Assembly (NCBI RefSeq): GCF_902459465.1 | Contig: NC_047077.1 | Location: 8,928,001 to 8,992,000, forward strand | DNA length: 64,000 bases | Direction of reading: 5' to 3' | DNA from: Asterias rubens | Taxonomy: Eukaryota | Part shown: positions 1 to 11,200 of the stretch, one piece after another | How the letters are laid out: each line of letters opens with the position of its first letter | Position numbering within the stretch: the stretch's first letter is position 1 | Translations under genes and position numbers: made by a program | The notes under the pieces: generated by a model | The model's database searches: none | Seen by the model: only the letters and a program-made list of their open reading frames with translations | Told to the model about the DNA's origin: nothing

Positions 1-549
1 AAATAAGTCACAAAAATACTTTTCAACTCATACGACAAATATTATTTCAGCATGTAAAACGTATTTTCGGCACATTTTGTTTTACTCATTTCTCAAAAAC
101 TACAACATCCCAGGAACCAATATTTTAAGGTAAGATTTCTACTGTCTGTAGACAATATGTTTTGTGTTACAAAAAGTACAAACGATCTTTTAAGCTAACA
201 TTTTCCCCCCTTAATATTGGTTGTTTTAACGTCACACGCTTCATTGAGATAACTGTTGTCATTGTTTGTTCTGAAATCATTATATATTTATTTATTTATT
301 TGTTTATTTGTTTAATTCGTTTTTTTTTTCAGATTTTAGTAAACTTTTACGAATTAAATATTTTGATATGTTAATTTAAATATTAATTTACTAGTTTTAT
401 TTTTCAAATGGCGGTAAGTCCACTGTCGGTTTGCACAATAAATATAAATTAATTAATATAAATAAATATAAACTAGAGTATTCATGGTGATGGTTGTTAT
501 GTATTACCAAACATATGTTTATGCAAGAAACGTATATTTTTGTTTGCAG

Positions 550-840
550 ACTGATATTGAAACTGAGGTACTATTTCGAGAAATAGCGGAACAACTGGGA
601 GAGGATTGGGAACGTTTAGCCACATATTTAGGCCACCGCAGTAGCCACTTGTACGCAGTGAAATGTGACAATGCAGGTAATGTTCGTAACCAGATATTCT
701 GCATGCTAGTCAGGTGGCAGCAAGGATTTGGACCATTTGGAGAGGCGGCTTTCAACACTTTATCATCTAGTCTGGAGAGTATCACAAGGAATGACCTGGT
801 TGAGTTTTTAAAGCGAAGTGTTTCAAGATATCGAAGATGA
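550..840 (+). CDS. Terminal coding exon encoding a death domain; upstream exons lie outside the window
   Basis: Acceptor ttgcag ends at 549. The exon reads TDIETEVLFREIAEQLGEDWERLATYLG...QIFCMLVRWQQ...TLSSSLESITRNDLVEFL-stop, which fits the death-domain pattern (IA..LG.DW..LA..LG; ML..W; L...L..I.R.DL). Confidence 0.85.
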   Translation, partial: TDIETEVLFREIAEQLGEDWERLATYLGHRSSHLYAVKCDNAGNVRNQIFCMLVRWQQGFGPFGEAAFNTLSSSLESITRNDLVEFLKRSVSRYRR

Positions 841-1775
841 CAAAGGCTTAAAGCTCTAGCTCGTAAGTCTTGGAAGAGAATGTCTATATCGTTGACAATG
901 TTTTCATTTAGTAGCAATATTTCATGGTTGCCTACCAAATTGGTCGCCATCTTGGATTTAAAGCATGATAAAAAAACATACATCAAATGTTTCTTATTAT
1001 GTTTTAAAATGTTATTTGGCTGATATATCACTTTTCCCAAGGTGTACTATTTGTGGCGGCCATCTTGGATATACGCAGTTCATCTGATTCTTGTTTACTG
1101 TTAACATACATCCTAACTGTGTTTAAGGACCTTCACAGGCATCCAAAAACATTGGTGTGTGTTAGTTCTGGAGGAATGCACGGGGTCCCCGTACATATTA
1201 GTGTTATTACTTTATTTCCTTACATATAAATCTGCCCTTTTTAAAATGGTGTTTTAAATTGTTTGAAAGAGTTTTATTTATTTTTTATTTAGTTAAGTAC
1301 ATCCGGGATTGGTTTCATCCTGCAGTTTTTTGCACATCAAAATATTTTTGACTGATACGATTTTGTGCACAAAGAATGAGTAACAAAAGATGATTTTTGA
1401 GCAGTAGGCATATTACGCCCTGTTAAAAAGCAAAATTCCATTGAAAACCATTAACCAAACTAAACAAACCCTTATTAAAAATTGTTCAAAGCCCAAAACA
1501 TAGAAAACAAAAAAATAATGGCGCCGACATGGACGCAATATTTTAAACAACATTTTAAAAACTTGTTGACTGAACACGGTGCGGGCGCCACGGTATAATA
1601 TTATGGGGGCCCAAACTTTCTCGAAAGTTCGGAATTCTTATCAACTCCCATAACTGGTGATTTTGTCATTAACAGCGTTTACAAAGCTCACTTTCAAACC
1701 ATTTTGTTTTATTGAGTAAGTACATGTACTTTACTTAATATTTCAACCACTTGACTCTTCGAGGTGATATTGCTT

Positions 1776-1925
1776 GGTGCCGAGTTTGTTAGTCAATAAA
1801 AAGCCGGTGCCGAGTTTGTATGGTGCCGAAATTCTTGGTGCCGAGTGGGTGCCGAGATGGCAAGGTGACGAGTTTGCAAGGTGGCGAATTTGAAGGTGCC
1901 GAGTTTGCGAGGTGCCGAAGTGTTC
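1776..1925 (+). repeat. Cluster of about 10 ggtgccgag-like motifs
   Basis: Directly visible; likely the subterminal array of a decayed transposon. Confidence 0.7.
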
Positions 1926-2187
1926 GGTATTCTTTTGATGTATTATGCAAACAGCTTGTTCACTTTAGATCCTTCTAAAAAAAGGGTGTTTTTGTTCATG
2001 ACTGTACGTGATATCGATCATGTATTGAGTGACTTCAAATCTAACAGTACTTACACAAAACATACTGATTGTTATGTAAACTATGCTGCATAAATACATG
2101 TTATCAATTCTGGATGGCATTAGGTTTAAATTCCAATACGATTTGCTTTCGCAAGGAAATATTTTGAGATTCCCACATTGCAAGATC

Positions 2188-2546
2188 TTAAAACAATGGA
2201 CACAATTAGTAATTTTTAAAGACCAGTCTTTTCACTTGGTGTATCTCAACATATGCATAAGATAACAAACCTGTGAAAATTTTAGCTCAATTGGTCATCG
2301 CAGTTGCGAGATAATAATGAAAGAAAAAACACCCTTGTCACACGAAATTGTGTGCTTTCAGATGCTTGATATCGAGACCTCAAATTCTATAGTCTGAGGT
2401 CTTGACATCAAAATCGTGGAAAATTACTTCTTTCTCGAAAACTATGTCACTTCAGAGGGAGCCGTTTCTCACAATGTTTTAAACCATCAACAGCTCCCCA
2501 TTATTATTATTTTTGAGTAATTACCAATAGTGTCAACTGCCTTTAA
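2188..2546 (+). mobile_element. TTAA-flanked MITE family 1 (Kolobok/T2-like), degenerate left end
   Basis: The right TIR reads ttaccaatagtgtcaactgcctttaa and the internal body is shared with the other copies. TTAA plus AGG termini match the T2/Kolobok MITE pattern. Confidence 0.75.
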
Positions 2547-2798
2547 GGACCAAGACCCAGCCACAACCATAAAAACAAATATTTAATATTCGTTGATGTA
2601 AACAGGTATTGGCACTCTTGGTCACAGTTAATTTTGAATCAGCTTTGCTTTGTCTTGACACTTTGAACTTGAATTTGGTTTCTAAAACAAAGTGCCTTCA
2701 TGCAAAAAAATTACTCATCAATGATTATTGGTAGCTAGTCTCTATACTTCTGTGTGAATAACTATACATTTTTCAGCTTTCTATTTATATGTTTTGGT

Positions 2799-3174
2799 TT
2801 AAAGGCAGTGTACACGTTTGGTTATTGTCAAAGACCAGTGTTCTCATTTGGTGTATCCCACCACAAGCATAAAATAACAAGCCTCTGAAAATTTGGGCTC
2901 AATCGGTCATCGAAGTTGCGGGAAAATTATGAAAGAAAAAACACCCTTGTTGGACGAATAAGTGTGCTTTCAAATGGCAATAAAATACTTCTAGCTAGAA
3001 TTATCTTATTATTTTAGTGATAAATTACCTCTTCCGCAAAAAGTACGTTATCTCAGAGGGAATCGTTTCCCAGAATGTTTTATACTACCAACAGCTCTCC
3101 AATGCTCGTTACCAAGTCGGTTTTTAAGTTAATATTTGTTTTAAGTAATTACCGAACGTGTACCTTCCCGTTAA
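2799..3174 (+). mobile_element. MITE family 1, divergent subfamily
   Basis: ttaaaggcagtgtacacgtttggt ... accgaacgtgtaccttcccgttaa, with the same internal layout. Confidence 0.7.
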
Positions 3175-3417
3175 ACATTATTAAGAAGATTTGCTTTGTG
3201 TTGATAACGATCATGTCAGTTTTATTGGATGTAGTATCTTCCAAATGTAGCCATACAATTAAGTCATGGCTGTGTATAGTTTGATATAAACGTGGTATAA
3301 TTCATCAAAATATCAACTGGACTGGAATTAGCATCTGATGGTTTTTGTTCAGAAAGTTAAACGAGTGCGATATGAATACTATGTATTCAAATAAAAATAT
3401 ATAAAAATCCTAAACAA

Positions 3418-3791
3418 TTAAAGGCAGTGGACACTATTGGTAACTGTCAAATACTAGCCTTCACAGTTGGTGTATCTCAACATATGCATAAAATAACAAA
3501 CCTGTGAAAGTTTGAGCTCAATCGGTCATCAAAGTTGCGAGATAATAATGAAAGAAGAAAACACCCTTGTCACACGAAGTTGTGTGCGTTTGGTGGTTGA
3601 TTTCGAGACCTCAAGTTCTAAACTTGAGGTCTCGAAATAAAATTCGTGGAAAAATACTTCTTTCTCCAAAACTATGGCACTTCAGAGGGAGCTGTTTCTC
3701 ACAATCAACCTCTCCCCATTACTCATTACCAATAGAGTTTTTTGGCTGATAATTATTTTGAGTAATTACCAATAGTGTCCACTGCCTTTAA
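3418..3791 (+). mobile_element. MITE family 1, full copy
   Basis: Perfect TIR ttaaaggcagtggacactattggtaa / ttaccaatagtgtccactgcctttaa. Confidence 0.85.
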
Positions 3792-4314
3792 GTCATTGCT
3801 GTGTATTGCGTAGTTTGATATAAACGTGGTATAATTCATCAAAATATCAACTGGACTGGAATTAGCATCTGATGGTTTTTTGTTCAGAAAGTTAAACGAG
3901 TACATTATGATTACTATTTTTTCAAATAAAAATATATAAAAATCCTAAACAATTAAATAAAAGTTCTAATCAGTGTCTCACTGCGCAAAAACACAGTTTT
4001 ACCAAATAGGGATATCAAATATAGTAACAAAAAGTTGCTCGCTGTGAAATTTTGTTTACCTTATTTTAAGATGGATACTAAACAAGTCGATAGGGCTTCA
4101 ATACTTAAGCTGCCATTTCAAACACTATAAAGGGTAACGTTTTAAGTCGTTTTGTATTAATTTTATTGTTTTCTCCCTAGTTACTGTTTGTTTAAAAATA
4201 CACGACTATTGAGTCAAGCTCGAAGTAAACTTAGCCAAGTATTTTTTTGTGGGGAATTCATAAATACCACAGAAAGTTTAAAACATCCTCTTTTTATAGA
4301 TTGAAATATGCTGT

Positions 4315-4612
4315 TTAAAGACACTGGACACTATTGGTAATTGTCAAAGACCAGACTTCTCACTTGGTGTATCTCAACATATGCATAAACAAACCTGTGA
4401 AAAGTTGAGCTCAAATGGTCGTCGAAGTTGCAAGATAATAATGAAAGAAAAAACACCCTTGTTACACGAGGTTGTGTGCTTTCAGATGCTTCAGAGGGAG
4501 CTGTTTCTCACAATGTTTTATACTGTCAACCTCTCCCCATTACGTGTAATCAAGAAAGGTCTAATGCTAATAATTATTTTGAGTAATTACCAACAGTGTC
4601 CACTGCCTTTAA
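4315..4612 (+). mobile_element. MITE family 1, internally deleted
   Basis: Both TIRs and TTAA are present; the central part is missing. Confidence 0.8.
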
Positions 4613-4869
4613 GAATGCACTTGAAGTGATCGTGTATAATATGAAAAGACATAGACTGTAAGTCTTGGGCATACTCGAAATGCAATGCCGATGTCATTGT
4701 GGTTTCGACCACGGTGTTTTGATTTACAAAAGTTAAGCTCAAATAGTATCGTTGTCCACGAGTTTTAGTTTTGTTTCAATCTTATTTAACAAATTATTTG
4801 TGTATTATTCTGTTTTAAAAGCTCAAACTCATTTAATAAAAACTGTGGTGAGTATTGTTGTTCAATAAC

Positions 4870-5450
4870 AAAGGAAATAGTGTCTGTGCAATATCTCGAG
4901 AAGTAATTGTCATACCAACTCCAAACTTGGTTTGTGGATTGGTCTTTGTTTGTAGATCGGTCTTGGATCCCCCCTATACCCCATAGGTCTGCCGATGTTG
5001 GACTATAGGCACACACAAAATGGTCAATATGGCTAAAGCAGGAAATGTTGTCTGAGCAATATCTTGAGAAGTACTTGTCATATTAATTCCAAACTTTGTT
5101 TGTGGATTGGTCTTTGTTTGTGGATCGGTCTTGGGATCACAAGAAGCTTATTTGGACCCTTTAATCCAAACTTTTAGTCATTATGTCTAAAACAAAAGAA
5201 ATGTTGTCTGAGCAGTATCCGAACTTGGTTTGTAGATTGGTCTTTGTTTGTGGATCGGTCTTGGGACCCCCGACCCCCTCCATCCTAGGCTAGAGGTCCT
5301 GCGATGTTGGACAATAGGCAAAACTTTACAATGGTCATTATGGCTAAAAGAAAATGATGAAGTACTTGTCATAATATCAACTCAAAACTTGGTTTGTGGA
5401 CTGATCTTGGGATCTCCCAGAAGCCTTTGCTTTTGCACCTTAGGCCAAAT
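4870..5450 (+). repeat. Degenerate tandem repeat, about 4 units
   Basis: Recurring aaacttggtttgtggattggtctttgtttg...gatcggtcttgg and gaaatgttgtctgagca blocks. Confidence 0.7.
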
Positions 5451-5585
5451 GACAAGGTTATTACGGCTAAAACTCAATATATGTGTTCTTCCTACCATAC
5501 TCTCCCCTCTACCTTCACAATTCCTCCTCACCTATCATTCCCCACTCATCTTTCCCAGCCTTCTATCCCAACCCTCTTCGACTGA

Positions 5586-5975
5586 TTAAAGGAACACGTT
5601 GCCTTGGATCGGACGAGTTGGTCTATAGAAAGCGTTTGTAACCGTTTGCTATAAAATGCATAAACAAATTATGGTTAGAAAGATGTTGTAAAAATAGAAT
5701 ACAATGATCTACACAAATCCCTCTTAATTGCTTGGTTTCCTTTTATATCATCGACTAACACGGTCGGCCATTTATGGAAGTGTTGACTCCCATAAATGGC
5801 CGACAGTGTTTCTTCGCGACATGAAAGGAAAACCGTGAAATTCCGAGGCATGTTTGTGTGGTTCATTATATTCTATTTTTAAATTATCTATCTAACCATA
5901 TGCATTTCACAACAAACGGTTTCAAACGCTTTTCAAAGACCAACCCGACCGATCCAAGGCAACGTGTTCCTTTAA
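5586..5975. mobile_element. TTAA-flanked MITE family 2
   Basis: TIR ttaaaggaacacgttgccttggatcgg / ccgatccaaggcaacgtgttcctttaa, with imperfect inverted arms extending about 90 bp. Confidence 0.85.
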
Positions 5976-6722
5976 AATCTCCTTTCAAAGTGTAAATCGG
6001 AAAGAGTAGAACTGGTTTTTCCTTTTTTTCTTTTGGGCGGGGGGGGGGGGGGTAGTGTGTATGAGTGTTTTCACCCATTGGTTTTTTCCCGCCTATATTG
6101 CAGAGTATCAGCAGCGCAAGTGCACTAAACTGGCTAAAATGATTTGTGTCAAATGTAAAGAAACGGACTGGCTTGCGGGCATTGTTTTTCAGGCATGTGA
6201 GAGTTCCTCTTTTCAGCTGATTCTGGGGGATTTTTATTTATTGCTAATTTTCTTCACTTTTTGTGCACGAAAGTATAGGAATATTGTCATTCCTGTTTTA
6301 TCTTTTCCTCTATTTTCATGGATAGTTACTCACATGCCTAGTTTTTAAACACAACTTTTCTTGTGTGATTTTTACATCAATCTTTAAAAAATGCTTTTCC
6401 TGACTTGTGTTGCACTTCTAGAAATTTCCGTTTGAGAATGCTCTGTTCAAAGACTTTAATGAGCAAAAACACCAACCGACACGCGGGAGCCAGCTTGTTA
6501 TACAGCCCAGCTGGTCATAAAAGGTTAACACCCACACGTGACGCGCTCTCCACCAATAGGAGTAGAGAAACTGTCTGGGGCACAAAAATGTGTTATTTTC
6601 AAAGACCATTATTCTCACTTGGTTTGTCCAACCGTGAATACACAATTTATTACCAATCTGTGAAAATCTGTATACGCTTGTTTGCTTTCGGTAATAAGCA
6701 GATGCATAATGAAGAGTATCGA

Positions 6723-7944
6723 TGCTCTATTTAGATTAAACCACAATTCTTTACACAATTAATAACCTGCTGGTTCGTAAAGTTATCTTCAATTTAAAAT
6801 CTGAAATTCGAGTGCAACTTTTAGTTTTTTAGATTTTAATTTATTGCGTAGCAGTTTACAAGTAGGGGACTTTCCCTGCAATGTGCAATAATTCTCTACG
6901 TCACAATTTTTAATTATCTTTATTGACTCGGGTGAGCATCAATATTCTGAGATAGAACCTAATGGCAACGAGGTTGTAAGTGGCGCGAAAGAGTGAATGC
7001 GCAATTAAACTGCCCTCTTGCAAACGCGCTTGTTGCTGTGACTGTCTGTATTCCTACCTCCATGGTTTGTTTCATGGAGCTCCATGGTTTAGACGGAAAT
7101 TTGCTTCTTTGTCTCAAAAACAACATTTGCTCTATTTAGATTAAACCACAATTCTTTACACAATTAATAACCTGCTGGTTCGTAAAGTTATCTTCAATTT
7201 AAAATCTGAAATTCGAGTGCAACTTTTAGTTTTTTAGATTTTAATTTATTGCGTAGCAGTTTACAAGTAGGGGACTTTCCCTGCAATGTGCAATAATTCT
7301 CTACGTCACAATTTTTATTAATTTTATCTTTATTGACTCGGGTGAGCATCAATATTCTGAGATAGAACCTAATGGCAACGAGGTTGTAAGTGGCGCGAAA
7401 GAGTGAATGCGCAATTAAACTGCCCTCTTGCAAACGCGCTTGTTGCTGTGACTGTCTGTATTGCTACATCCATGGTTTTTTTCATGGAGCTCCATGGTTT
7501 AGACGGAAATTTGCTTCTTTGTCTCAAAAACAACATTTGCTCTATTTAGATTAAACCACAATTCTTTACACAATTAATAACCTGCTGGTTCGTAAAGTTA
7601 TCTTCAATTTAAAATCTGAAATTCGAGTGCAACTTTTAGTTTTTTAGATTTTAATTTATTGCGTAGCAGTTTACAAGTAGGGGACTTTCCCTGCAATGTG
7701 CAATAATTCTCTACGTCACAATTTTTATTTTATCTTTATTGACTCGGGTGAGCATCAATATTCTGAGATAGAACCTAATGGCAACGAGGTTGTAAGTGGC
7801 GCGAAAGAGTGAATGCGCAATTAAACTGCCCTCTTGCAAACGCGCTTGTTGCTGTGACTGTCTGTATTCCTACCTCCATGGTTTTTTTCATGGAGCTCCA
7901 TGGTTTAGACGGAAATTTGCTTCTTTGTCTCAAAAACAACATTT
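6723..7944 (+). repeat. Three near-identical tandem units of about 405-410 bp
   Basis: Units start at 6723, 7128 and 7538 with tgctctatttagattaaaccac. Confidence 0.9.
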
Positions 7945-8299
7945 ACCTGTTACAGTTTTTTTTGTTTTATTCGAACTATTAAATGATCTGTTGAAATTAC
8001 AATGACATTGGCAGTTTTGGTAATAAATTGCAAAAGTCTTAGACCTTTCTAGCCCGAAAACGAAGCCAAACGACCAACCAGAAAGTCACTTGATTTATAG
8101 GGCGCCCTCATTGCGCGCATTAACGAAAATGCTTGCTCTCTCCGTGCGCATTCCGTTCAATGTTCATAAACTCGTTTGTTGCAGGTTTGTGTGTGATTCC
8201 CCCTTTTATGATAGATGAGAAATATTCTTGCCTGTGCATGCTCAAGATCGTCACTCACATAGAGTTCTGACCGAAAATTTGTAGTGAAATACCGTAATC

Positions 8300-11200
8300 A
8301 TGGCTTCGGCTTCGAAGAAAGAGAGTGTCAACCGCAATCTACGGTCCGTGTTGATCACGGAAAAGGCAGGAGTTGCACTGAATCGCTTGCAAGGTAATGT
8401 TTATGATGATGATGATTTACGTGAAGTTGTTTGCGTTTTAACCACCAGCACCACCAAAGCACCATGCATGCCTTCACACACACATGTGCAGCCTAGCGCA
8501 GCGGCCCATGGCTGCCTAGCCTGAGCTGATGAGTGGTGTAAAGTGGCATTGCGTTGTTGTCGTGGTGGCACGTCCATTTTCTACTACTTTCTTAACATTA
8601 CTCACTGATTACGTACTTAATTACGGTTTGATGGGAGGGTGATAGGCTATAAATTAGCCCCATTATTATTCCATTAATAAATAGTTGTGTCATTGTCAAA
8701 ATAATAAATGGGCCAAAAATAAATACGCCGGACTCCCTATTAAAACTGCCTTACTTACTTAACTTACAAAAAGCGGAGGGAGTCCAGCGTATTCGGCACT
8801 TCCTTGGTGCATGGATGGAGGTAGATTTCTCCTCCGTGGTTGGTAGGAAGAATATGGTAACTCAGGGCAATATCCACATAGTCCTCAGCCACCTTTTCAT
8901 TCGTTAGGAAATAATTGGATATCTAATTTACTTTCATTCTTTTCAAGTTTCATTAGAATTAGATTTAGATATTCCTTTTTTTCCTTTTTTTTTTCTTCAA
9001 ATTTGTCATGTTTATGGTGGCAGGGCCCCTGTTTAGTTTATTTATGCCCGGGCCGGGGCTAGCTAAAAATGTACCTGTAGACTTCGAACCAAGTTAACTG
9101 CAGACCGAGTGGACTTCAGACCAAGTTGACTTCAGACCTACATAAGGGCATCAATGTGTGGTGAAGAGGTTTTTAACTAGTGGTTTAAACCCGCCAAGGC
9201 CTGGTTCTTGATAATTTTACCAAGGCGAAGTCAAGGTAAATTATTAAGAACCAGGCCTCGGTGGGTTTAAAAATTACTAGTTGAAAATCGATTCAACACA
9301 CCTTGATTCCCTTAATCAATATTTAAAAAAAGTAGGTCTGAAGTCAACTTGGTCTGAGGGGGTCAGCTCTGAAGTCCACCTGGTCTGATTCATAAATTTA
9401 TGACCGAAAACGTATTTATACCTTTTCGTTAAAAAAAACATCAACACTTGTTGTCTAAAATTAAAAGAAAATGCAATAATTATAATTGTTCAATGATTTC
9501 TTTCAACACAACACTCCTCCAGCTATGAAATGGTAAGGCCCTCAACAGCCCTCGGGTAAACAACTCCTTAAAAGGGAATGATGTGGGCATCGCACGTATC
9601 GCGTGATGTGGCACAACTGTCCCGGCCGTTGCTCTCGACCAAAAGGAATGAAGAAACTAGCTTATAAGCACAGGTGCAAGCTTGCATGTCACGCCCATGT
9701 TTCAACACTTTTTACTGGTGTTATATTCTCCATTATAGGCCTAACACCCCCATGTGATGCCCTCTCGACCAATCAGAATGGATAAACTGTCGTAGGTTTT
9801 TATGAATGAAGTTTTTAAAAGAAGTAACTTATTGCACTACCATGAAGGCTGCATTAATGTAACAAATACAAGTTTTATTGTTTTACTTTTTGTACAGGAG
9901 AGTATCAAGCATTACTGGGTGAGACCATACCTTTTAAAGAGTTTGGGTTCCCTTCGCTTGAGGCTTATCTGAAGTCCATCCCGGCTGTAGTTTCCATCAG
10001 ACGGTAAGATGAACAAGAGTTTTTTATAATAGTTGTTGAATTTGCATCAGGGATAAAGAATGTTAATTTGGTTTTACCTTATACACCGAAGTAAATTTTA
10101 ATGGCAGTGGACACTATTGGTAATTACTCAAAACAGTTATAAGCATAAACCTCACTTGGTAATGAGTAATGTGTAGAGAGGTTGATAGTGTAAAACATTC
10201 TGAGAAACGGCTCCAGCTCTGAAGTGATGTACATGTAGTATTAGAGAAAGAATTAGAGTTTGAGACCTCAGCGTTAGAACTTGAGGTCCTCAGCGTTAGA
10301 ACTTGAGGTCTCAAAATCAAACATCTGAAAGCACACAACTTGGTGTGATAAGGGTGTCTTTCATAAACATGTAGTTATTTTGCAACTCCGACGACCAATC
10401 AAGCTCAATTTTTCACAGGTTTGTTATTTTTATGTTGAGATACACCAAGTGAGAAGACTGGTCTTTGACAATTACCAATAGTGTCCAGTGTCTTTAATGT
10501 AAATCTGTGGAAGTTTTGTGTTTTGTGTTGACGAAAAGTACCAAACCATTTCAAGGCACTGGACTCAAAAATAATTGATAGCATAAAACTTAAATGGTAA
10601 CGAGCAATGGAGAGCTGATAATAGTAAATTGTTAGAAAACCCTGAAGTAACATAGTTTTTGAGAAAGAGGTTATTTCTCACTCAAATAATAAAAGACTTC
10701 AGCTGAAGCCTTTTATTATGCCCACGAAAGTACTAAAAGAATGCAAGGGTGTTTCATTATTCTTTCATTATTCTCTTGCAATTTTGATGTCTAATGTAGC
10801 CCAAATTTTCCCTGGTTTATTATTTTAAACATATTTTTGGGATACACCAAGTGGGAATACTGGTCTGTGACAATTATCGAAGGTGTCCAGTGCCTTTACA
10901 CATGTAAGTGGTGCCATGGAATGAGCCATTTGCAAGTTAAATTTGAATAATGTCTGGTACAATGACTTGCTTATTGACAATGCACCCTTTACATTTGCAT
11001 TCCTCAGACTATCGGGACAGTTGCTTCGCCTTGTGATTAGGGGTTTGCTTTTGTATTGCAACCTCCAGGATGAGCAAACCCTGGTACCATTGTGTCATAC
11101 ACATCCATTCAGAATTGTGTATGGGTGTTCACCGTATCTTACACAACTACGCAAAAGCTTGCCCCTAATCACGTGGTGTAGCAACTGTCTCGATAGTCTG

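Noticed and set aside
519-1040. 173-aa minus-strand ORF
   Set aside because: It is antisense to the death-domain exon and has no recognisable motif.
3567-3749. Short ORFs recurring in MITE copies (also 4381, 13617, 19265, 48710, 52526) as transposase remnants
   Set aside because: Frames differ between copies and no DDE-like motif is present; these are chance ORFs in a non-coding repeat.
6723-7944. Tandem 407-bp units as a retrozyme array
   Set aside because: I found no CUGANGA...GAAA core on either strand of the unit.
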